DNA of 64,000 nucleotides from NCBI GenBank assembly GCA_963924565.1, contig OZ004609.1:15128001-15192000 (forward strand). Direction: 5' to 3'. Positions 1 through 12,700 of the stretch are shown here, in pieces. Made by a program: the position numbers and the translations under genes. The notes under the pieces were generated by a model. The model was given only the letters and a program-made list of their open reading frames with translations, was not told where the DNA came from and did not search any database. The first letter of the stretch is position 1, and each line of letters opens with the position of its first letter. Origin of the DNA: Ascidiella aspersa (taxonomy: Eukaryota).

Positions 1-248
1 TTCTGTAGCCACACATCAGGCATTCATTTTACGTAGGTAAGCTTTGCGATGTTGCACTCCTTGTCGCTCAACATCCACACACTTTTAGAAAAGGGTCATA
101 ATCTCAAATTGCTCTGCAGAGTCGAATGTCAACGTAAAATTGGCCGCAATAAATAAGAAATTCTTTAGAAATAAAGAAAACAAACACATTCTGTAACCAC
201 ACATCAGGCATTCATTTTACGTAGTTAAGCTTTGCGATGTTGCACTCC
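1..248 (+). repeat. 60-bp direct repeat
   Basis: 1-60 is repeated at 189-248 with 2 mismatches. Confidence 0.85.
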
Positions 249-593
249 CAAGAATACGTTGTTCGCTTTACGGACACAGCTTACAATTACATCACATCTT
301 CTATCACTTATATAGGGCTACCAGGAGTGCTAGGCTATTGGTCAATGTAATTTTATTTTTTATTAGTGGTTATCAACCAGTTTTTAAGTCTGCATTGGTT
401 TGTTATATGGCATTTAGCGTCATTTATGACAATACGTATCACAACGTGATTTCGACTTACAACCCTACAAAAGCTTTAATTTCAGTAAATATATTTTCAA
501 TTTACAATCTAAGATATTTTTATTGATGACGATAGTTTAATATAATTTATATAAGGAGTGGACAAAAACAATCAGAATTTTAACAGGGCTTAC

Positions 594-714
594 TGGTTCC
601 TGAAGCGACGAGCACCCAAAGTCCCCACACCATGGTATAAACGGACGAGCCAAAAAGAAAACGTTTGTTCCCGGAACAGATTTCATAAAGTATTGTGAGC
701 ATTGCAGATTTCGG
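594..714 (-). CDS. CACHD1: CACHD1 exon
   Basis: RNLQCSQYFMKSVPGTNVFFL...|GTAAGC. Confidence 0.85.
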
Positions 715-3700
715 CTACAAAATAAGTATAAAATTGTTTTCAAAATGAACAAATCTACCTTCAAGTGTGGCTAACAGAGTTTATTGTGTGTCGTCACACC
801 TTTTGAAACACCATTAATGCAATGTTTATTTTTTGTGCTTCTGGCGACATTTTTAAGTGGTTTCTGGGCAGCCTTACAACTGTGGAATCAATGCTCTCTT
901 AACATGTTTGTCAAAACCAGCTTGATAAAAATGAATATGTCGAGCACGAGCAATTCGTTGTGTGCCTAAAGCGAAAAGTCTCCTGAATTACCCTTTAGCA
1001 AAATCAACCGAATAAAATCAATTTACTATTTTTATGTAGTCTCATTGATATGTTATAGAAAAATACAGAATTTGCTTTTCGTAGGGGGGAGCAAGGCATA
1101 GGACAACTATCAAAGGGGGGCGCGGTTAAAAAAAAGCTTGCGTCTTGTGGGCCACCCCTGACGCTTAACGTGAAAAGCAAAATAAGTTTGACGCTCGACA
1201 CTCGACGCACTTAGTTGGCTGCTGCTTATACCTTTACGATGTGAGCTGTACTTGTTATTAGCGAAGTTATGCGTATGCTTTTAAATGCATATTAAACTCT
1301 GTATTTTGATATAAACCTATTCTAATGTCTTTGTGATCATCTACTTTGTGTCATCTCTTTTTTGTTTAAATATACTTACAGTTCTTGTAAGCACAGGTGT
1401 GTTCTATGTTCTCTCGACTTTTACTTTTGAACGTCAAAATAATGTATTGAAAACGCTTAAAATATACCTAAAATGTACAATTTTTTTGATAAAATGTACC
1501 TCAAACAATATTTTATACAAACTTTTACTCACGCAAACAGGGTGTCATTGAGTTGCGCATAGGGTTCAATCTTGTACCAATTTCGATACATTTCCGTATC
1601 CAAATCAAAACAGCTCATTCTTCTTACAAGTTTAAGTTCCAATAGTTTGTTCATCAGGTTTCTATCGCCTGTTTAGGTTAGTACATACCAGTTTTTAGTT
1701 AGTACATACCTTCAAATAAACGTGACAAAGTTCAATATAGCATAAAATAGGCGATCATTTAAAGCATGCCCTTTTTAGAGCGCGGCACACATTTACTAAC
1801 ACTATTTGGGCTGCTGCCAATTTTACGCGGAATTTATTTATTTAGGCCACATAATTGTGACAGCAAAACAATTATATACTATCAACTAAAAGTCGTAAAA
1901 AGACTAAGACTTTGTAGAATAATGCCTATGTCACAAGCAAACTTGGGTGTTCAGAATGTTTTTAGACGCTCTGAATTTCCAACAGGGCGTTAAAACGCCC
2001 CAGAATTCGGCCAAGTTGTGCGCGCAATTAGTGTACAAAAATAGTTCCTGTAGCGCAATTAACCAGAAGTACTCAAAACTTTTCCTGAATTCCCACGTAG
2101 GCACGAGGCCATTGAAGCCAAAAACAATATCTTTCAATTTTATGTAAATGCATTTTTGATTTCGATCGAATGTTACGTTTTGCCCATTTCCAAGGAACAA
2201 TTTTCAGCGTTAAGACTCTTACGCATGTGCACACACGCTGTTATCTAAGAAATGTCGGATTATTATGTGAATAATAACATAAATATTCCGACATTTCCTC
2301 TAAAAAAATAAAACGAGAAGCGCTAAATGCTCCATATGTTTCATCTCGCAAATTTACTTCAATTTACTTCTCGTAACCACTTAATTGCAACGCAGTCGTT
2401 CTTGACTTTTTGGCCAATTTTACAATGATGTAAACTCGCTAGGTGATGCAATCAGTATTGCACAAATGGTTGATAATCAAATCTAATACGCCACAATGAT
2501 GCCATTCATATTCCTTTTGGAAATCAATTCCTGAATATACATTACATTGGTCCGTTAAAATTGAAACGTGAAGTTCGAAAATCGGTGGGTCATTATTGTT
2601 TACAAACTCTTTATACACAAGGTTAAGGCCCCCAAATGTTTCGTCCCACTTTAACTACAGAAATAAACAACAAATTACGCTTACTGGGAATATTATTTGA
2701 CTCTAAAGTAAGTTTTTTGTTCACTTGCTAAAATTCATTAACTCTCTAACACTTAAATTGTGCAAGTTTGATTACATGAAGAGATCATAAAATGTTTTCG
2801 AAAAAGACTAGCTTTGCACTGCATTTTACTTCTCACTTTTCTCAAGAATTTACGTATTAACTAATTCCTGTACACTGATAAAGACTTCAGTATCGGATCG
2901 GATCTAATAGTTTCCATGTGTAGCAGAGGATGGTTTCAGGAAACCAGTAGTAAATACACAAGATTGCATCAAGTGCAAAATATCTCCACTAAGGTAAATA
3001 CACAAGATTGCAACTAGTGCAAACTGTCTCCATTAAGGTTTAAATACGTCTTGCCTTATTCTGCATGGAAGAACAAGGTACAACAAGTGCAGCAGCTTGT
3101 CACGGGCGTCGTCTACTCTAGATAGAGCAACAATTTGTTGTACTCGAGGGCTATAGGGCAACTCGAAAGCGGAAAAGGCGATTTCACAATTTACGCGCAA
3201 GGAACACGCAGAGAATGGAATGTCAACGTTGATTGAAAACTAGATGCAGCGTTTAAGACGGAATGTTTAGATGATGCGTACTTTATACATACACTAAGTT
3301 TAAACAGTTTGATAAAAGTGATATGATGACGATTGACTGCATTCTGGAGTTTGAACATTTATCGCATAAAATGACCTCTTACGAGATGGAATAACCAGAT
3401 ACAATTATTTTTTAAAACTGTTAGATGACGCACCCTTAACTTCTACGAACAACAAATGGCGCTGACATTTGCAAGTCACCTTGTTCGAATCCATGGAGTC
3501 TGATTTTCAACGTATATTTACCTTAACACCACTTGTTGATTACCTGTTACAATGTATTGACGCCAAATAAAACGCCAAATTGGGCGGCGAAATGAACACT
3601 CAAAAGTTCTAAAACGTCTATTTCTTTTAATGATGTTTCAACGACGAAGTCAACATTGTGCTATTTTCAAGTGTAATCAACAGTTGCGTAGCTGAAACCT

Positions 3701-6700
3701 ACAAGTCGGAAGTTAAAGACACTGCTTACTCGAAAACCGTCTGTGGTAAACGGTCGCTGCGAAATTGTTACCGCAATTTAGATTCCAAGTTTAAACATGA
3801 GGTTAAAATTACTTCTTCGCGTACAGTTTAAAGTTTGATGATAGAAAGAAAGTAATTTCCAAATCTCAAGCCCTAATTCCTGCTGGTGTTGGTGGAAAAT
3901 TGTGCAGCATTACCGTTTTTGTCGTCACGAATACCTTGCCTCTGTTGCTTAGCAGGTCGTTACTCCAGAAAGTAGGTGCTGTGCTTGATCTTGCTCGTGG
4001 TCGTGGTCAAGCAACAATGTTCAACAAAGACGTTGAACTGTTTTTGTGGCTGAGTGGTCACTAGTCACTACAATGTTGGTGTTTTCCCACGAGGCACAAA
4101 AAACTGGTGACAACCACTTCTATGTTTGGAAGATATGGAGAAGCCCTGGTAATGTGGCCAGATCGTCGTGCCCAGTAAGATTAGCTCTCAAGACCATGCG
4201 AACCTAATAAAGCGCGTTGCGCGTCTAAGCTGTGAAAACACAGCAGTACGAAGACCGTGGTGAATGGCCACATCTCGCCACTGATATGCGGCATCAATAT
4301 TAATTCAATGCACATATAGTTTGGAGGAAAGTGAAAAAGAGAATCGAGTGTATATCCTATGGTTGGATGCTTCGCCCAGATGATAAGTACGGTGCTTGTC
4401 GGAAAACAGATAACTTAACATATCATCAGGTTCTTACTTCTCATCCGGCCAATTTGGGTTGATCAGTTGCTCTGGTTGTATGAGTATACGAGGGAGCCAA
4501 GGTGCATTGCTGTACTGACAGCCCTATAGTGTGTGCGGCACATCAACGCAGTGAACTAGTTAGTGTTGAGGCGGATTAGTGTCTATTCTTGCGTTTGCCA
4601 TGCATTGCCTTGTGTTCGTAAACTTTTCTTATTGTTGAAAAAAAAATGACAGTGAGATTGTAAGCCTTGCGCATTTTGATGTAAGTACTTTGAGTTAATT
4701 GTGTAAGCATTCTATTACTTGCGGTCAAACGGTCAAAAGTCGCCGGCACAAGGTGCCTTGACATTGTGGATGTCCTTACTTCAGTTGGTGTTACTACCTT
4801 GCGGTAGGAGCTCGCCTTGTTGGTTACTTGTAAGTGTTTGGCAATGATGCTTAACTTACGCTGATGCTGTTTCTCTTTCTGTTTTAATAACATTGTTTTG
4901 TATTCATTTGAATTAAGATGTGAAACCACTTATGCGAGCCTTTGTGTTATTATTGGTTCCTGTTAACAGATAAAGAATTGAGTATCGGATCGAATCCATT
5001 AGTTTTTATGTATGACGTTATTAGGACAAGTTAGGCATAATCTACATATCAACCAAAAAAAAGTTCCAGCTCATCCGGCCTGGGGAAAGTCCCCATTTTG
5101 GATTTTTTAAATGGCCGCCATAAAATACAGTTTTTGCTCATATCTCAGCTTCTACATCATTTATGAAAGAGATTATGGTCTTAAAGCATATATTTTAAGG
5201 GTTAAACAACCCGAATAGAGCACATCATCAACAATTTAAAGTAATTTCTGAATCATCTTCTATTTGGGTTTATAGGTTTTTTATTTAAGAGCTGCCATGT
5301 AATAACTTGCTGGTGAACCCGCATAGAGTGCTGTTTAGTTTTTCAGGTGTTCAAATGCTCTTTCGACGTCCCCATCTCTTTCAGCAAGAACAATAAGTCG
5401 GGTAAAGAGAACCGTTTTTTTCAAAGTAAACCTTAGTGGTTTTACTTTTGTTTTAATAGGTTCAAGGCGAGTAAAATGTTCCAAGCTTTCTTGGAGGTTT
5501 TTACAAATATGCCATGCTTGTTGACAATTAACAGAATTTGTGTAGTCAGTCCTGGTAATGTTGTAGTCAGTCTTGAGTAAAGCTATCACAAGATGATCGC
5601 TTATAAAGAAGTATAAAATAATTGTGATACCTAAACCATTTAACCATCGTATTGAAACATTCATGGTCTTTCTTTCGACGTATTTTCGCCAAATCTTTGT
5701 AACTTTGATTGCATCTTTTCAAACCTACCCTTTCATCCGTCAGAATCTCAAGATGCTTAAGTGCTAGAAAACCCAAAACTCTTACTGATTTCGTATGGCG
5801 AAGCCTGCCGCGTGTGAGACCACCATTTGATTTGGCTTTCCACTGTTACATAGATAAGCTGTTTTGGGGCGAACTTGTGTGCAAACATGCAGCTCAGAAT
5901 CAGATTAAAAAACACGAAAAAATTCTTTGGTTAAATTGGTAACTATTTGTTATATACTATTGCTTGAAATGATCAAAAAAACGCAAAACGCAAACATTTT
6001 TTGCGTGTAAGTAATTAAAATACCCAAAAAATGGTTAAAGCCTTAGATGGAACATCACGGCTTGGTACATCCTCGTTATGCCCATGCGAATGTCATACTC
6101 ATATAGCTGTTTATTTGACAAGAATGGCGAGTGAAACACATGCTTTGCACTTCCGTAATTTTTTTAATAATGGCACAACAAAAATAATTCCCCCCAACTG
6201 TAGTGCGTAATGTTTCTACATGTTTTGCATTTCAAAAATCAAAAATATATGCGATTAAGTGTGTAGAAACAATAAGCTTTTACAAGAGAAAGGAATCTTT
6301 CAAAAAAAAAATTTTTTTGCACCAATTTGTATACAAATTGCAACGGAGACGGAAGATGCTGCTCGGGCTGCCAAAGAAACTGTTTTCGCGGCAAAAATGG
6401 ATCCCTCAGTAAACAAGCTCAAAAGCCACAAGGCATGGAAGTCCGGTTTTCAGGATACGCGAAAGGAACCGTTGTTAAAGTGTCATAGGTGCGGGAAGCC
6501 TGGACATCTTGCGACAACCTGTCGTTTTAAAAACTCCAGGTGTAATTTTTGTAAGTGCACAGGACATTTGCAAGCAGTATGTCGCAAGAAAATGCAGATT
6601 TCGAGCGTAAGGTCAGTGGCATCTCTTGACTGCCAGCTTCTGCCAAAAATGATTTATACACTAGTCGTCGACTCCAAATCGTTCAACGTAGAACTCGATA

Positions 6701-9700
6701 CCGCTGCAGGTGGCAACATTTTGTCAACCAATGTTTGGAGAAGTATTGGGCGGCCGAAGCTTGATGACACGAACCTAATCTCTTTAAAGAAGAATTGGGA
6801 ACCTTACAAGGCTTCGAATTAGAAGTGCAGTTTATGAAAAATTCAACTCCGGTGTATCACAAGCCAAGGCCCGTTCCGTTTGCTCTGCTCGAGGGTTTAA
6901 ATCAAAGTTACGAGGCAGAAGTTCGAAACGGCACATGGACGCCTGTGCAATTTAATGATTGGGGTACACCGGTGGTACCTGTGCGAAAGGCGCCATTACC
7001 AGGTAACTGTGAATCCTCAACTCGAGACACATCGCCAGCCACTACCGTTACCAAGTGATCTAATGCAGAAACTTGGAGGAGGTCACGGTTTCACCAAGAT
7101 AGATTTGGCAGATGCATACAACCAGATTAAACTTGGCCCAAAAAGCCGAAAGAGGTTAGCCCTCAGTACTCATCGAGGCGCTTTTCTTTAAAATGTGTTA
7201 CCTTTCGGAATTTCTTCTGCACCGGGCTATTTCCAAAAGTTAATGAACGACATCACTCACGATTTACCAGGTGTGGCGGTATTTTTAGATGACATCTTGG
7301 TCAGCGGTTCTTCTAAAGAGAATCATTTGCAAAATTTGCGTCGTTTGCTTCAACGCCTTGATCAAAAGGGTCTACGTTGTCGGTTGGAGAAATGCAAATT
7401 TGCGTAAGAAAAAGTTGAATACCTTGGACATGTTCTCACCAAGGAGGGCATTGCCAAAGGAAGTAAAGTCGATGATGTCATAAATATGCCCCCACCAGAA
7501 AATGTGTCAAATCTTCGTTCATTTTTGGGTTCCGTGCAGTTCTACAGCAAGTTCTTACCCCTGATTTTTCAACAGTTGCAGAACCGTTATACCGGCTTAC
7601 CAAGAAAACTGTAACTTGGAGTTGGGGAAAGAAAGAGGAAGATGCTTTTAAACGTTTAAAACAGTTCCTAACGTCAGACAATGTCCTAACACATTTTGAT
7701 CAAACTCTGCCCATTGGAATAGCATGCGATGCATCCAGCATGGGAATTAGTGCGGTTTTATTTCATCGTCTTGCAGATGGAAGTGAAAGACCAATAGCCA
7801 ACATATCGAAAACGCTGACTGACTGCCAGAGGAAGTATAGCCAGATCCAAAAGGAGGCTTTGGCTATTGTGTTCGCTATTCGCAAGTTCTTTCAGTTCCT
7901 GTACGGCCGGAAGTTCATTTTGGTCACTGACCACAAACCCTTGTTGACAATCTTCGGTCCAAAGAAGGCTGTTCCAACGCTCGCAGCAAATCGTTTGACG
8001 AGGTGGGCGCTTCTTCTCAACCAATTCAGTTATGATATTGAGTACAGGAAAATCTCCGACATTAATAATGCCGACGCCCTTAGTCGAAGTACTCGGGTTG
8101 TTGCACCAAGTCATTTGGGAATGCAGAAAATGAAGCAACTGGCCAGAACAGCGGTTTATTGGCCAAATATTGACAGGGACATCATGGATATTTGTCGTAA
8201 ATGTCATAGTTGTGCCTAGCATCAAAATGCTCCACCAAAATCTTTATTGCATCCATGGATTCTACCCGAAAAACCTTGGTCTCGGGTACATGTGGATCAT
8301 GCCATCAACTTTATGGGCCACAATTGGCTGTTCATGATCGATGCTTATTCAAAGTATCCATGCAACCATATGACGCAGTCTATTACAGCAAAATCGACTG
8401 CGGATATTTTAGAGACTGATTTTTCTCACTTCGGGTATCCCTATATGATAGTAACTGACAACGCTCCGATGTTTACATCTGATGAGTTCAAAACATACTG
8501 CAAGGAAAGGGGAATAGTTCACCGCTCTTACCATCCTGCGACAAAATGGGAGCTCCTTACCATGCTGCGACAAATGGCGCAGCTGAACGTCTTGTTCAGA
8601 CTTTCAAACAGGCTTTGAGAAAGTCTGGAATGCCTCCGAAGCAAGCGATAGTGGAATTTCTCATGCAATATCGCAGGACGCCGACTGGGAACGGGTATTC
8701 TCCTAGTCAACTTCTCAATAACCGTCAGATGCGCACAAAGGTGGACTCACTTTTTCCTTCGCCACACATTGCCCAAAGACGGTTATCAAGAGAAACGTCA
8801 CGCGCAAACGCTAAAAAACATCGCTTTGCACAAAGTTCGTACAAGGTTGGAATGCCGTGCTATGCTTTGTATCATGGACCTAAGCACAACCATGACCCAC
8901 GCTGGGTTCCAGCCGTTGTGACAGAAGTTCACGGCACCCGATCGGTCACTGTGAAGGTGATACCTCAGGGACAACTGTGGTGCCGCCACATTGACCAGCT
9001 CCGTCCGCGACACGCATCTCCCGAAGATGAAAATCCCGGTGAACTTCCAACACCGGTGAATGATGACGCTCATATCGATGACGGGCTTTCCGGTGATTTA
9101 CCGGTATCATCCCAGACAACTACCGAGTACGGTCCGACTAATCCGCGACGGTCTAATCGACGCCGCAAGCCTCCGCAACGTTTTTGTTGTTAATGTCGTG
9201 ATATTGTTATTGCGCAGCTTTGTAATTTTGTTGGGGAGGTGTTAAGTATTACGCATTTTGAGCCATGTACTGTAGTCGTTTCCCACCCTGCGGCTTAATT
9301 ACGTTATTCGCATTCTTGTGCTGATTGCTGATTGATTACAGTGCTATTGTGCTGCTATGCTAAGTGATTTCTTTGCTACTTAAACCGTGGTTGGTTTCGT
9401 TTCATTGCCTATTACTACTTCACTGCTCTGATCAAGAATACAACAACTTGTTTCTAATTTTTCCAAAGATTGGTCCTTTTTTCCCCGAAAATAAGGATAC
9501 TAATTGTAAAACAATGCATTACAGTATATTACATAATAACAATGGCTTGTGAAAGTAGTAAGCTGCAGTAAGCAATTTTACGCGTTCATAAAGCGACAAT
9601 TGTACAGAGCTACAGGTTTAGATAACCATGGGTCACGAGTCCCATGCTGCTTTTATGTAGGCCTATAGTGGTCACTGCACAACTTGCCTAGGTCGTTGTC

Positions 9701-12700
9701 AATTTCTTATGTGTGGACAGTTAACAAAGTACGTTAAAGAGGAGACAACGCAGTTAGAGTGTCTTTTTAGTATGTACCACGATATACAAGCTTAAACAGT
9801 ACATTTTATAATGATATTGGTAGGCCAACGAGTTTTGTGAACTACAAAACTGTAGCTGTAGCGTGATTTATATTTAGTAGAGCCCGCAAAAGTCTATTAA
9901 GTCAAATTTTTTTAAGGACCTATTCTGTCCATGAATCAAAGAATAAAGTTGTTTTCAGCGCCCAGGGAACTGTTTTTAAGAAGTTTATAGGTCAAAATAA
10001 AGTAAAAATTTACAATAATAAAGTCAAAATTTGTCAAATTATAGCTTTTTACAAAGTTTTTGTGTTTCTTGAGAGTAATTTTTGTACAAATCGCCGTGGA
10101 AGCATTATCGTCGTGGAAGCAAAAAACGCGACACACTTTTTATCATCAATGAAACACCTTTACTTTTCGACAAAATATTATGTTTGGGTAACTGGCGTCA
10201 ATTCAAGGAAGAACTGTGGCCTCTACAAATAAGCAATTTCGTTAAGTCAAAATTTTTTTTCTTTTTGAGGCTATGGAAAAAACAGCAATTAGTGCCGCCC
10301 ACAAAGTTATGACAAAACACAACAATTTTGCTAGAAGCATTACAGCAAATCATTCAATAAATGATTTTATAACAAGAAAAACTTTGTTAATAAAAAAAGC
10401 AAAATGTCACTGGCCTAATTTTCCTTACAGGCAAAATGCCCCGAGCCTAAGGCGACAGGTCTTTCAAATAAATTTTTTTCGCGCTTTTTAGGCTACGTTT
10501 TTTTACATACAAAAATAGGTCTTTTAAAGTTTTTATTTCATTTATGATGTTTTTTCCCCGAAATCCTGGATATTGCCCTGGTCATCAGTAGCGTGCTTAT
10601 ATTTTTGGTGTAGCGTGCTTATTTTTTGGTCTTAAGCAGAAGGTAACCCTGTTTACAGACCTAGTTTTACTGGTTTACCTAGCCACCAGGGGCGGATCTA
10701 GGGGGGGGGGGCGATATGGCCATGCCCCCCTCCCACCCCCAAACTAAAAAATATGTACATTTTTTTACTTAATAGGCAGCTTATTTTCGCGGTTCCCTAG
10801 GTAATATGGCCTATTTTCGCCAAAATAAGACATATTTTTTAGTTTTGTAGTGGTGTACCAGCTTATGGCGCCATATAATGAATATTTCAAAAAAATTGTA
10901 AAATTCGTTTCGCGCACTCGCGCAAAGCGGCGTTTTTCAGATTTGCAGCGACGGCTTAAGTGACCGTACGCTGACCTCGACTATATAATAACTAACTTAA
11001 ATCCAAGTACAATTAAAAGCTTTTGTGTTGTTAGTGCAAATCTGTATCAGAAATCTTTACTGTTGCGTCGCGGACAAACGGAAAACGTATTCAAACATAA
11101 TCGACAAATATATTTTAACCATTTTTTTTAAATGTAACAAAAACAAGAAATTTAAAAGAAATACCGGTACACCAAAAAAATAGCACTCGCTTCGCTCGCC
11201 AGGTTTGCCCCAAATGGTTATCAAACACTAAAATAGATTAACTATAAAATTTATCGCGTTTTCTCAAAGTAGTTTCATTACACTTTTTAATAGTAGTACA
11301 GGGATGACGACGTGTGGACTCGAATTTTAAACCAAGTATACGCTTTTTTAGCGAATTTGCGCCAAGACTTTACTGCCTCCTTAAAAGTAATTATAAACAC
11401 GTTTTTAAAGTGCAAAAAAATCCGAGGCCCACCTGATTCACAATTGTTATAAAGTTGTAATAACACAAAATCTCATTTAATATATGTTGTGCGGCCCGCA
11501 GAGACCTTTCTGAGTTTGGTTTTGGCCCGCGACTACTACACAAAGGTTGCCGACCCTTGTGTAAGGATTTGAATATAGAGTTTTGCAAAAACCAACTACA
11601 GTAACTTAAAAATTGAGAGAAGTGTCATGAAAGAACCACAGCTGACCGCAGCAGACAACGCTATGGTGTTATTGCGACGTGGCCTCGGCGCTTTTTCGGT
11701 GGCATGTGAGGTTGCTCTCGCCTTTTCGGGAAAAAGCAAGATGTGTAGACAATAGATGGTAGCGTCTTTCAGCGATATTCTTCATACCGGGTCAAACTAG
11801 GAAACCGGTCCACTGTAGAGGCTAACCTTATTACTTTTTCGTGCTTTCAAAAGTTCTGTTTTTCGCGTTATTTTGCCGGAGTTAGTTTATTCGGCTATCC
11901 GATGTTATTTTTACCTGACGCAATGGTATACTTTTGTGACGTCATATCCGAAAAAATGCATGGCCCTCCCCAAACTGAAATCCTAGATCCGCGCCTGCTA
12001 GCCACCTGGACTTTTAGTGTCGGCACAGTTAAAGATTGATAACAAGAAGTATTTCTTAGCATTTAAAACAAACATTTGGACATTGTGGACTGTCATTACG
12101 TAAAATAGACTTTACTGACCTAACGATACAACTAACGATTTTATTGACTTATCAGAAAAGTATTACTATGCAAAAAATTTCTTAAAAACATCCTTTAATA
12201 TTTGGAGGTGGAATTACATCTAGCTCTCGTAAAGTTTTAGTTTTTTTGTATGCACTCTTTTGTTTGCGCTTTATACCGTTTATGTGATATTTTGTGTACC
12301 AAATTGACCTGTAGCTACACAACCACAATTAAGCAGAGGATTTTCTTGTACGAAGAATAGCAAATACGTACGAACGTTGCAAATAAGCAACCTAAATGAC
12401 CTGGTTTAACATGGTAAAAACTTACTTGCGATGTGCTTAAGGCGCAATTGATTTTGCTCATTGTTGTCCAAATATTTTTCATGCAAAATAATGTTTCCTC
12501 CGTCGTCGACTAAAACACAATTCCAAGCTGGGGAAGAATTCAGTCTGGTAAGTAATAACAAGAATAAATGAAAACTACGTCAAAACAAAAATTACAACCG
12601 GTGGTATACATGTTTTGATTGTTTTGTACAAGTAGGCCTATAAGCAAAAATTGCACTTTGCATGAAACTGTCGCATGAAATAAGTTAATATATATTAGTT

